A DNA stretch of 62,916 nucleotides, filler included, from Saprolegnia diclina VS20 (lineage: Eukaryota): assembly GCF_000281045.1 (NCBI RefSeq). It is 6 parts of 3 records of this genome, joined end to end, with 100 filler letters (N's around TTAATTAATTAA, not from the genome) between each part and the next. Parts side by side here need not be neighbours in the genome. Positions count along the whole stretch, not along the records: positions 1 to 12,740 come from NW_008246107.1; positions 12,841 to 44,183 come from NW_008246107.1; 4 more parts are not named here. One strand, 5' to 3'. The translations under genes were made by a program, and so were the position numbers. Of this stretch, positions 11,856 to 23,276 are shown piece after piece; position 1 is the first letter of the stretch, and each line of letters opens with the position of its first letter. The notes beneath the pieces are model-generated. The model searched no databases. It saw only the letters and a list, made by a program, of their open reading frames with translations, and was not told the origin of the DNA.

Positions 11856-12740
11856 CGAGGACCCTCTCAATGTTCTTTTGGGACGGCGGCGGGATGAGGA
11901 TGCCGTCTTCGTTGTCCCGGCACGCCGTCACGTGGCGCGTCGCACGAGCAATCGCTTGTTTCGTGCAAGTGGCGATCTTGGCGCAGCTGATGGCGTCGTT
12001 CGTTGGGAGCTGCGCGCAAAAGATGCTCCACAAGAGAGATTGGCACGCAAAGAGAAGGGCCACCGGCACTCTCTTGGTCGTTACGTACGCCTGCACGAGT
12101 TCCCAGAGCGGCTTCATGTTGGCTTCATGTGGCAGCTTGAGGCAGGCCAAGTCTTGCGTGTAGTACATGAGCACGGGCATAATGTTGGCCAAAAAGGTGT
12201 GGTATAGATCCGCCACGGACGATGCGAGCGCATCGGGTTCGGCCCAGTTGGGGCCATCGCGGAAGGCAATGCGATGGCGGCCGGGCACTGTCCCAAAAGC
12301 GCAATGCTGTCGAGAAGGCTGCACAGAATGTACTGGAGGTCGACAACGCCGTTACGCGCCAGTCGGGATGCCCAGCTGAGATTGGCAAGGTCCGACTGCG
12401 CTTCGTACTGCGCGAGGACGCGGTCGACGAGGCGGGCTGCGACCGCTGCCGTTGTTTTGAGACGCTGGATGATGTCGCGCTCGGCAGCAGGTCGAAGCTC
12501 CTCGTCCATCCCTCGCTTGGCTACGACAACCAGCTCGACCGCGTTACCTAGTGTTAAACCGTCGTGGTCGGACACGAGGTCGATGAGGAGATCCTCGCAG
12601 ACGAGGAGCGCGATAATGTGGTCGAGATCCTTGAGGTGCGGGTACGCAAAGCTCAAGTCGTTGCCGAGGACTTGGACGGAGTGAACGCAGGCGTTGGTGA
12701 TGGCCGTCGCCGCCATCAGAGCTGTCTGGCCATCCTTGAA
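11856..12740 (-). pseudogene. Partial helical protein gene between gaps, resembling the oomycete DUF6604-associated family, with an apparent frameshift
   Basis: Coding-like sequence switches from the 12114..12716 frame to the 10603..12324 frame near 12290, with no frame-restoring intron seen. The family resemblance is from memory only. Confidence 0.45.
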
Positions 12741-12784
12741 NNNNNNNNNNNNNNNNNNNNNNNNNNNNNNNNNNNNNNNNNNNN

Positions 12785-12796
12785 TTAATTAATTAA
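12785..12796. other. Artificial scaffold linker TTAATTAATTAA (also at 44228, 54151, 58618, 61626)
   Basis: The same 12-mer, with stops in all six frames, is embedded in roughly 100-bp N runs at each site. Confidence 0.95.
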
Positions 12797-12978
12797 NNNN
12801 NNNNNNNNNNNNNNNNNNNNNNNNNNNNNNNNNNNNNNNNACGGAGACCTCATCGAGGGTTCTTCGAGGATGCTTGGACACCGAGTCGGGTACATGTATG
12901 TTGGAGGCCTGTAATGTTGAGTAGCGTCTACGCGAGCTGGCTGATCCACTGAAACCGAATCCAAATCTGAATTAGAAT

Positions 12979-15053
12979 TTACAACTTGGTCGCGCCGTAC
13001 ACAGTCGCTTCGGGCTTGTTAAGGACGAGGACGTTGAGCAAGTCGTTGAAAAACTTGGGAAAGTAGCGCGACGCGCGCGTGCAGTCGGGATGGAAGTTGC
13101 ACTAACTCATCAATTAGTTGCAAGCGTATAGGGAGACAAAACCGAACCTCGAGGACGACCGGGTGAATGACTTCGTCGTGCCACTCGAGCATCACGTCGA
13201 CTCCGTACAGCGCACGCGATTTGTTGGAGTGGCCCAGCCCTAAACACTGTAAGCGACGAATGCTTCGACGTGCTCATGTACCCTGGGGCGCGGGGTGCGA
13301 CGTGGCCGCCGCGAAGAGCGCCTTGATGGCGTTAAAGATGTCGGCCTTGACGATCGCCCAGTCCTGGCTCGGGTACTCGCGCGCAAACTGGTCTTCGAAT
13401 TCTTGGTTGTGCATGATCTCGACGCCGTAGTCGGTGTAGTTCATGACGGTGAAGTGCTTTTGGAAGTCGTCAAAGTTGTCCATCGTGAATGGCTTGTTGG
13501 CGATACGCAGCCAGTAGACGCCGCTCACGTACAGCTCGAGCGGCTGCGTGTTGACGACCATGACTGGTTTAGAGATAAGACCATCGAATGCAGAAGGGGC
13601 GAGGTTACCGAGGAAGCGGAAGTCGAACTTGCGCTCCTTGATCAAAAGCGGCTGCGTAATGTACTTGCACGCAACCTTGGGGCCTGTCTGCGCCAGCTTG
13701 GCGAGGTTGGCCGACGACGTCGCAATCGTCGTATCTACAGCCGAATACGTCAGCATTTGCGTCGACGCAAATTAGCGGCGTACCGAGCGACCGCGCGAGG
13801 TTCCACGGCTTGCAGATCCACACATTGTCTTCGCCAGCAGCGTCGCGCCGGACGTACTCTTGCATGAGCTCGGGGAGTTCCGACTCCATGTTGTACGTCA
13901 GCGCCATGAACGGCGGCTGCTGGTTGTTGCACGCGCTACAAGGATCGGATAAGACTACACGTCTTTAGCTGGTGCGTACCGCTTGCACGTCTCGTAGAGG
14001 AGGTCCTTGCACGTGAGGACCTTCTCGTTCGGGAACTGGTTGAAGACCTTGACGTTCTCGTTGGCCTCGAGCGAGACGTAGTCCTTGATGTGGCGCGTCG
14101 GCCACACGACGTTGGCGTCGACTTCGTTGTCGACAAACACAAAGTTCGGGTCGTCCAGAAACTCCTTCATGAGCTTGAGGTCCGTGCACACCTTGATCGG
14201 CAGCGCCCACGACGACGCCGGCGTCCGGACGCTCGCCGACGCGCTCACGACCTCGTCGTCGCGCGTCGCCTGGGCGTCGTAGATGCTTGTCTGGCGAAGC
14301 TGGCGCGCCGCGCAGATGGCCGGGAGTTGCGCCACGTACTCTTCGCCGCTGGGGAAGAAGATGCCGGCGAGAAGCGCGATGCGGACGTCGTCGGTCGCCG
14401 CCGTCGCGTACGCAAGGGACGCAAAGTCGCCGGCCTCGACATCTTCGATCGGCCACAGGATCGAGAACGCGCACTGCGCCGGCGCGTAGTAGAAGGGCGC
14501 CATGCGAAAGGTGGGCGCGTCCGCGTGCTCGATCGCAGACCCAAACTCGTCCATGATGTACCAGATTGTCGCGGCCTCTTCGGGGCGGAGGTGCCCGAGG
14601 CGGTACGAGTTGGCGTAGCGCCACATGGCCCGGAGCACGGCCGTCGCGCGGTCGTGGGTCGTCGCCGACTCGTCCACCGGCAGCTGCATGAGCGCCTCCA
14701 TGCGCGGCAAGAGCGACGGCGCCGTCATGAGCGCCACGCGCGCCTGGTCGTTGTCCGTCGTGTACGTCCACGCATGGTCGATGAGGAAGACGGCATCGGC
14801 GTCCGCCGCGGCAATGTCCTGCAACGCCACCGCGTGCAAGTCGCCGTCTTCGTCGGCCGCGAGCTGAAAGTAGTTGCCAGCGTCAAAGATTTCGTTGCTA
14901 CAGCGCGTATGAGACGCGTGTATATGAGAGAGAAGCAAACCTGAGCTTCTGGAAGAGCGACGGCCAGAGGTGCTCGGGGATCGCAGCGCCGCGGAGCTGC
15001 GCCTCGTGGTGCGTCAAGAACATCGCAAACGCGTTCGCGCTCATCGTGGCCAT
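12979..15053 (-). CDS. TTLL12: Tubulin-tyrosine ligase-like protein 12
   Basis: EIFDAG, VFLIDHAWTY, WYIMDEFGSAIEH, NQFPNEKVLTCKDLL, WICKPWNLARS, KFDFRF, KHFTVMNY, YGVDVML and NFHPDCTRA. Multi-exon. Confidence 0.93.
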
Positions 15054-16108
15054 TGTGGATTCTGGGTCGAGTTGCCGTCAGGCGAGCGTCCGGATACCGT
15101 AATAAATGGCAGTCAACCCCTGATCGACATGCCCTCGGATTGGAGGATATGCCATGCAAATCTTGAATGTGACCAATCAAATCGATGGAACTGCTTGCGA
15201 GCAGTACGCTGGAGTATGATTGGCTACATTTCCGGATTCTGTCCTGACCGTCTTGCTCGCAGATCTGCAAGCAAGCTTTGCCTCCTCGCAGAGCAGTCTT
15301 GCGAGCAAGGGCCTGAAATAGCCGCATAGGCTTTGTTGCAGACAGGCAAGACCTTAATGAATGCCCGTGTACCCAAGCCAGAGCGAATGCTCCGCCAGTC
15401 GTCACCTGTCGTTCAACTTTGTCAGTGGACGAAACCTCTCGGCGACGTTGATCGCCTCCTTACGAGTAAGGTCGGTACTGCATTCATTCTGCCCACGCAT
15501 GCGCTCCGCCACCAATCGGACGACAGCTCATCTGCGTGTCGTAGACTCCGAGTGTGCAGCAAGTCGAAAGTTATGTTCCAATGGCCGGTCTTTGAACGAC
15601 TGTTGTGGCCCTACTACTAGTATGCCGCGAAGCAGCGCGGCCGCATGAAAGTGAGCGTTGACGCCATGCGCAGGAGCCGGTAGAGACCGGCCGCGACCGG
15701 CCGCGCGGTTTGCGGTGGTAATGCTGGTCCCTGCCACTGTCGGCGTCACCGAATCTCTCACATTAGCTGCATCTAGTACTTCTAGTACCTAGTACTCTGG
15801 GAATACCCATGCCAAGATCGATCCTTATTTCGCTGACGTTGACAGGGAGCTGCTAACGTCGTGGCAGCTTCAAGAAGGCAGCAGTCTGGTGGCGGTGCGG
15901 ATTCTTTAAAACGAGGCGCGTTGCATACAAACATCCAGTCATAAAAAGCGTTGCGCTCCACAGATTCCACGTGGACTCGACGTCATTTAACTGTTTTCAT
16001 CGCCCATATCTTGCTTTTTGTATGCGTAATAAAACTTGTTCATTTTACGATACTCGTATCTCGCTGGGATGTAACGATTTTTCATTTCCCGACAAGGTCC
16101 GCAGCAGC

Positions 16109-18329
16109 ATGAGCACGTCGGCGGCGTCGTCGCGACCGTCAAGCACCGCGACCAGCGCGGTCTCAAGCGCGCCGGTCCTCGTCCCGATCCCGCAGGGCGT
16201 CCTGCTCTACGGTCAGCAGCTGCGCCTCATGGCGGCGAGCTCGTATCACAGTGCGAGCGCGCCCACCGATGTCGGGCTCGGCGTCTACGAGAAGAAGGGA
16301 AAGCATGGCATCCTCAACTGCGTGCCACCGCTTGGGCCGTCGCAGGAACATCTCTTCAAGGAGGATGAGTACACGGTGCTGGACCCGAGCAAGACGCACA
16401 AGCTCGGGTCGCCCGTCCAGTTTGGCCACACACTCGTGCTCGTGAATCAGAACGACGAAGTCTGGAACAACAAGACGGGTGGCATCACGGGCTATGTTGG
16501 TCCACGCCCGCGCCAGACGCCCGGCGAGATGTTTGTGAGCTTCCATCCGAACCCCAAGGGCCCGCAATCGACGTCGCTCTTTGTGCACTTTGGGGACTCG
16601 ATCGTCATTGACGTCGAGGACGCCAACCGCCACGTGCGCGCGTACAACAAGCGCCTCACCAACTTCAAGAAGCCGACGTCGTCGATTCTCGGCGGCTACA
16701 TTTGCTGCGACGGCAAAGGTATATCGAACTGTGCCAAGAACGTGTGGACTTATGTATTGCAGGCCACGACCTCCACTGCACGATCGCGCCGCCCAAGCTC
16801 CAAGTGAAGCAAGTGCGACTCAAGTCCAAGATTCTCTCGGGCTATCAGTTTGGGCAGCCGATTGACATTACGACCGAAGACAAGACAATCGAGGTGCGCT
16901 TTAGCCACGACAAGACGCTCCTCTTGACGCCCGAGCTTGTGCAAGACTTGGTCCGTGACAGCCAAAACTCGTCGGGCCCTCTCTACGTCCCGCTGACCAA
17001 TGGCCCGGGTGGTGTCCAGCTCAGCTTGCAGGTCGCGCCGGACCCGTCGTCGCCTGCGTACCGCGCACCCGAACCGTCTGTGCCGATGACGCAGGCGCTG
17101 GCGCAAAAGCTCCAGGACACCCCGGTGCACAAGGTCTCGATTCTTGTGGTCATTTCGTCCGTTGTACGTTGCTGCGCGAGCCTAACCCAAGCCTGACGTC
17201 TGCTACTTGTGTAGATCCTCGCGCTGCTCAAGCGCTCCGGCCTCGTGCACCAGTGGATCGCCGTCGCGCTCGCAGCCTGTATTTGGACCCCGGCGATGTT
17301 TCTCCTGCTTTCAGGCAACCAAGCAACGCCCAAGAAGCCATCGTCGACGACGTCGGCGCAGGAATTGGCCGCGCCCGGTACGAAGAAGCTCGTGCTGCTG
17401 CAATACGTCTTCCGGCGTGACGCCGAGGGACCTGTGGCGCCTGCAGTTAACGTTGTCGCCAGCACCAAAGGCGAGTCACCGCCCGTGCCGAAGCGGTACA
17501 TGAACGCTGTCAAGGGCGACCCCGCCGCGGCCCTCGGTACGAACCCACGCCATTGAGAAGTGCGTCTGAGATGTTGCCTCTAGTGCGCTGGGAGGACACG
17601 CTCGCGTGGCGCAAGGAGGAGGGTGTCGACGGTATTCTCGACGAGCCCATGCCGTTCTTCCGTCTCATCAAGCAAAACTACCCGCACTACTACCACAAGC
17701 GCGGCCTGCACAACGAACCTGTCTACTACGAGAAGCCGGGCAAGATCGACCTCAAGCTGCTTCGCGCCGAAGGTGTCACACTCGAGAACCTCATTCGCAA
17801 CTACACGATGATCTCGGAGTTTCTCTGGCGCGTCGTCGAGAAGGACGACAACCAAAAGTGCATCACGGTCATCGACGTCGAAGGCATTGGCATGGCCGAC
17901 TTTGGCGGCGAAGTCGTCGATTACATCCGGAAGGCGTCGTCGTTTACAGGTACTTGGATGTCGACACTCGATACATTGATACATACGATTGTAGGCAAAC
18001 ACTACCCGGAGCGCTGCGCGTACATCTTTGTAGTCAACGTGCCCATGTGGTTCAACATGATCTGGAAGGTCGTGCAGGGCATGATCGACGAGGTCACGCG
18101 CGAGAAGGTGACGATCGTCCGCGGCAAGAGCGCGATCTTCGAGGCGCTCGTCAAGCGCATTCCGGTCGAGAACATTCCGGTCGAGTACGGCGGCCAGAGC
18201 GAGGGCAAGTCGCCGGAAGAGGAAGTGCTCTTCAAGCTCATGGACTTCAACAACCACGTCGACGGCGTCGAGAACCCGCTCGTTGGGGCGTACACGCGCA
18301 AGCCGTTTGTGGAGGCGCCGGCGTCCTAA
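16109..18329 (+). CDS. CRAL-TRIO (Sec14-like) protein with long N-terminal extension and hydrophobic segment
   Basis: The C-terminal exon has RWEDTLAWRKE, GLHNEPVYYEKPGKID, HYPERCAYIFVVNVP and IPVENIPVEYGG. Upstream exons join in frame via short introns. Confidence 0.85.
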
Positions 18330-18713
18330 ACACCAAAGATTATCAGAAACAGGAACGATAGTATATAATGCATGGCGACACATCCGTGGTCTTCTACGAA
18401 TCGTCGCAACCGAGTGATTGCGCCTGTAGTCATCCGCCTCACGTTCCAGCGGTTTGTAACTAGTATTTCATCAGCAGCAACGTCTAGTAAACCATAAAAT
18501 GATGAACAACTTGGCCATATCTAGCGCGAACGAGTTGCGGACGTCTGGCGATTTCCATATCTTTCCAATGGCGTGATGCCATTGGTGGATATAAAAATAC
18601 TGATGTTGAATACAAATCGCTAGCTATTTAAAATACATCAAAAGTTGCGTCAACAGCAACCAGGAACGGTCCGTGGCGCCAGTCGCCGATTTCCAAGGTC
18701 GGGTCACAAGACG

Positions 18714-19444
18714 ATGGTGGGTCGCTCGCTCTGGAACATTGCGGCGGGCCTCTTCACGCGAGCGCTGACGCGGGACAAGGCGGCGCTGGCTGACGTCGCC
18801 ATCACGCGCCGCCACGTGTGGAAGGCGCGCAGCGGGTTCCTCGACATCGACCTCAATTTGCACCTCAACAACTCGTCGTACCTGTACAACATGGAGCTCG
18901 CGCGCTGGCACATGACGGGGTACGCTTCACGTAGAGTTTCAAAGCTGACGCGTTGAGTAGGCTCAGCGGACTCCTCGGTCTCGCATTTCAGCGCCGCTGG
19001 ATGTTTATCGTTGCGTCGCAGTCGATCCGGTACCGCCGGTCCATCGCGCCCTTTGCGCCGTACGAGATTCACACGCAAATGATCCACTGGGACGACAAGT
19101 GGAGCTACATCTCGCACCAGTTTGTGTGCCCCAAGACCGGCGCTCTGTACGCCGAAGGTACGAATCCGCGTGCGGTCGGGACGGCGATGAAACGTCCAAG
19201 CGTAGGGCTCACGCGCGCGATCTTCAAGCGCGGCAAGAAGACGGTGAGCATGGCCGAAGCGGCCGAGGCCCTCGGCGTGACGCTGCCGGTCCTCGGTGAC
19301 GAGCCTGCGATCGTCAAGGGCTTCGTGGCCTGGGAAGAAGCGACGAAGGAGAAGAACAGCCAATGGGACGCTGCTGCTCACGCGTCGCAGGCGCCGTTCT
19401 GGCAAGAGTCGGTCAACTTGCCGTCGGTTAACCAGCCCAAGTAA
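18714..19444 (+). CDS. THEM6-like hotdog-fold thioesterase
   Basis: DIDLNLHLNNSSYLYNMELAR, IRYRRSIAPF and WDDKWSYISHQFV. Two short introns. Confidence 0.85.
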
Positions 19445-19996
19445 AGACGACCGCCAACATGACGTTGGTTAGACATAAACGGTTGTGCTTTGTGAGTTTT
19501 CAGCGTCCACAGGCTTTCACAGCTTTGGATCGATGGACGGTCATGCGGCAGCAAGGCGGCACGGTCGACTTTGCTATAGGACTCGTCGGAAATGAGCATT
19601 CGATGTGCTGCAGCGGCGAGCTCAGGTCGGTCGCACGACGCTACTTTGGTGAGATGATGGTCGACGACGTGGCATCGGTACAGTCAACGCTCGGTGCTCT
19701 GTTGCAGTCGTCGTCTGTGGTACTAACGTTAGCGATCCGCCATGACTGATGAGTTGGATGAGGAGCAGCCATGCATCGAGTTGTGCAGCTACGATTTAAC
19801 GCTCCAGGGTTTGCTTGAGCTTTTCGGTTCGAACAACTTGACACTGACACGAGTGCAACTCTGTCATCGTCACTGGAAAAAGGCCGACGTACTTGTAACC
19901 GGTTGGCGCCTCGATTCGGTTGTGAAGGCCGGTGATTGGCCCAAAAGATGAGATTATGGCCAATAAAACGCGAGGCGTTTGTATTTTCAAAACACG

Positions 19997-22075
19997 ATGG
20001 ATCCGGACGGCGTGGTCACGACGACGTCGGGTCGGGGGTACGTCATGGACTTTGGCGATGTCTTCCTGCAAACGCCCGCCGACGCCACGCCGACCGCCGG
20101 CGACGACCTCCATGGAAGCAGCGCGCCGGCGACAGCCATGACAGCAGCGCCAACCGACGCGGTGCGATGGGGCGATACCAAGCCGTGGCAACTGCCCGAG
20201 TACAACTCCCTCGAGGACAACGCAGTGTACCTCAACCGGCAGATCGAGTTGCAGCACGTTGGCGTACGCGCGCTGCCGGTCCGCGCCCTGCGGTTCGCGA
20301 CATCGTCGTCCGAAGACGAGGTTCGGCGGACCATGGACTGCATTCACTGGCTCCTGCAATCGCGCCGGGAAGAGGTCTTGCGCAACGACGAGCTCACCGA
20401 GCAGTTTGCCAGGCTCGAGAAAGACGTTGCGCGCAAGGCAAGCCAGCTGCAGATCGCCAACATCCACCTCGAGACCGAGCGCAAAGTACTTGCTCCATTT
20501 GACCATGTCGGAAATGTATGTGTCTGGATAGAGGAACGCAGACCTGGAGAACTTGCTTGCGGCGCGGGACGCAGCGATGGCCCGCGAGAAGCTGGCGCTG
20601 CAAGCCGACAAGCGCGCGCTCGAGAAAAAGTGCATCCAGTAGGCCGATGGAAGTGCCATTTCTAAATGACTCACGTGGAACAGGCTGCAGCACGTGGACT
20701 CGAACTACAAGGCGCAGCTCCGGAAGAGCGAAGTGCAGTACGAACGCCTTCAGAAGCAGTACACGCAGCACCTCAATAAGGCGAGCTCCGAGAAGCGGGT
20801 ACGAGGGCGGTGAATGGGTATATTTGCTGACAAATCTGTGTAGGGTATGGCACTGGGAAAGGAGCTCAACGGTCGCGCCGAGAGCTTGCGCTTGCGCAAG
20901 GACGCTCAGAAAAGGGCGCAGGGGGAGCACGCGATCGTCAACAAGGTTCTGACCGGTCTTCACACGCTACTGGATGATGATGACACGGCGTCGTAGATGC
21001 TCAAGTCGTACGAGCAGCAGCACACGACGCTCGTGACCGAGAACGACACGCTGCGCCGACAACTGGTCAAGTTCCACAGCGAGCTCAAGCAGCTCACGAC
21101 CGAGTTCAAGGCCACGACGCGCTGGCTTTCGAACCAGTACACCCTTTGTCAATGGCCACCTCTGATGTATTTCTATGTGCAGGCAAGGCATGCCCCAAGA
21201 CGTCGAGACGCAGCTGCAGCTCGGCGACGAAAGCATTGCGACCAACCTCTTTACGATGCCGATCCTCGCGTCGGGCAACAATGTGCTCGCGATGATCGAG
21301 GACCGGCTCGAGAGTCTTCGGACAAAGGCAAGAGGCCTCATGACCTGAGAGCGATCTGAGTCGTTGGACGTAGATTGGGTGCCTCATGGAGCTCAAGCAC
21401 GAGAAGCACGTGGCGACACTCGAGGCACAGCTGCGTGACGCGGTTCGGATCATTCAGGAGCAAGATCACTTGATTCACCTCGCGCTGGACGACGCATCGC
21501 CCAAGATGTCGAGCGGCGAGCCGCGACTCGAGCTCTCTCAACTCGAAGATATGATGGAGTCGCTCTCGCACGAAAAGCAGGCGCTGGCCATCACAGCGGA
21601 GAACATGGAGTCGGAGCGCCACCTCTTTACACAACAAGCAGAAAAGCTCGACCACGACCGCTTGGCGTTCGAGGTAGCATTCTCTATCAGGGGATGATCG
21701 TGACGCCGAGTAGATGTTTCGGCAAGAGGTCTTCCTGGACGAGACCGACGACCGCGTACGGCCAGACTCAAAAAAGCGCCACCGCCCGTCGTCGAGCAAC
21801 GTGCCACCGTCGCCCGTGTCGCTGCTCGGTCTCCCGCTGCCACGTACGTTTGCCTTGAGCTTCGCTTTCGTGACAGGTGCGTAGCGACGCCCGAGACGAC
21901 GCGTGTGCTTCGAGAGATCGGCTTTGACAAGCACGGTCAGCCCATGAGGTTGGTCATTACTCTTGTGCATAGTACTTATACCTCGACTAGTCCGATCGCG
22001 TCGCCGGTGGGAGCACCCACGAGTATGATGATGGAAGACACAGACATGGGCCCGCTGGACGACCACAGCTTGTGA
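19997..22075 (+). CDS. ADIP/SSX2IP (afadin- and alpha-actinin-binding)-like coiled-coil protein
   Basis: LEDNAVYLNRQIEL...TMDCIHWLLQSRREE followed by extended coiled coils over many exons. The end is approximate. Confidence 0.62.
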
Positions 22076-22342
22076 CCAAAACGCGCCAGCGAATATGAGT
22101 ATCGTCGCCAGCGTCCAGCCAGCGACCAAGCCATCGAGTAGGATCCTCGGGTATAAATCCTGCCAACCATTTACCATTTCATCGTTTGACCGATCGATGA
22201 AGAGCAGTGGCGATCCGTGCAAAGCACTGGCTGCGACATGTGGAAACACTGTTTTGATTGCTGTGAGTATCAAGTTAAGTATACCATACAAAAAACTTGA
22301 TGCTGGAAAGTGCTACAGTGGCAGTAGCATTACACGGCAGAG

Positions 22343-23239
22343 ATGGTCAAAGACACCAACATCTTCACCAAGGTGAGCGCCAAGATCATCAAGACCAAGG
22401 TGCCACCGCTCTTCTCGACGGGCCTCTCGACGACGTACGTGCTGCAGGTGCACAACGCGGCGACGGACCACAGCTTCCGCGTCGGGAAGACGTACACGGA
22501 CTTTGTCGTCTTCCGCGACCAGCTCCTGCGCAACGGCGCGCACGAGTGCGACAACAGCGCGCTCTGCGGCGCCTTCCACAGCGACATGCACACGCACTTC
22601 CCGCCCAAGGTGCTCATGCACCGCCACGCCGACGTCGTGCATCTGCGCGAGTGGAAGTTCCAGGACCTTCTCGACCTCGTCGTCCGCTTCATCAACGCGT
22701 CGCGCAGCAGCACGTGTGGGTACGCGCGCGAGGCCGTGCCCAATAGCCTCATCGTCTTCCTCTTTGACGGCGCCAAGATGGACAAGCGCAAGTTCTGGAT
22801 CCCGCTCCAGCGCACGCACCGCGGCCGGCGCATTCCTCGAGCGGTCATTGAGGAAGCCATTCGAATTGCCCGCGACAACCAAAACGTGGACGATGACAAT
22901 GAGGTCAACGAGCGTCATATGGGAAGCATCGACTCGATCCTCGAGAGCCACGGCAGCGTTGCGGTCGCAGTGTCCGTGCTCGACGCCGTAGGGTCCCCCG
23001 GCATCGCCCTCGATGTCGGGACACCGCCGCCCGGGGTTGCCAACCTGCATCACGCGGATAACAACGTCAGCCTCGACGACGACGACGACGATGCCATTGC
23101 GACGCCAACTGCAGTTGCTGGTCTTCTTCACTCGTTGCGGACGACGCTAGCGGCCATCGACGATGCCAAGAACTTGGCTGCCCTCGAAGACCAGGTCCAG
23201 AGCCTCTTCCGCGACCGCCACACGCAACTGCATGTTTAA
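22343..23239 (+). CDS. PX-like domain protein (oomycete type)
   Basis: Single 298-aa ORF with TTYVLQV...KTYTDF...FPPK...RE..FQ, a PX-like pattern with a Cys insert. Confidence 0.7.
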   Translation: MVKDTNIFTKVSAKIIKTKVPPLFSTGLSTTYVLQVHNAATDHSFRVGKTYTDFVVFRDQLLRNGAHECDNSALCGAFHSDMHTHFPPKVLMHRHADVVHLREWKFQDLLDLVVRFINASRSSTCGYAREAVPNSLIVFLFDGAKMDKRKFWIPLQRTHRGRRIPRAVIEEAIRIARDNQNVDDDNEVNERHMGSIDSILESHGSVAVAVSVLDAVGSPGIALDVGTPPPGVANLHHADNNVSLDDDDDDAIATPTAVAGLLHSLRTTLAAIDDAKNLAALEDQVQSLFRDRHTQLHV

Positions 23240-23276
23240 ACAGATTTATAGCAGATTATCAAGAATAGCATTTGCT

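Noticed and set aside
10603..12324. 573-aa ORF fusing two coding regions (likewise the 1229-aa and other X-filled ORFs)
   Set aside because: Artefact of translating through N gaps; the two sides are different genes.
15773..15797. CTAGTAC x3 microrepeat in a divergent promoter
   Set aside because: Too short to distinguish from slippage.
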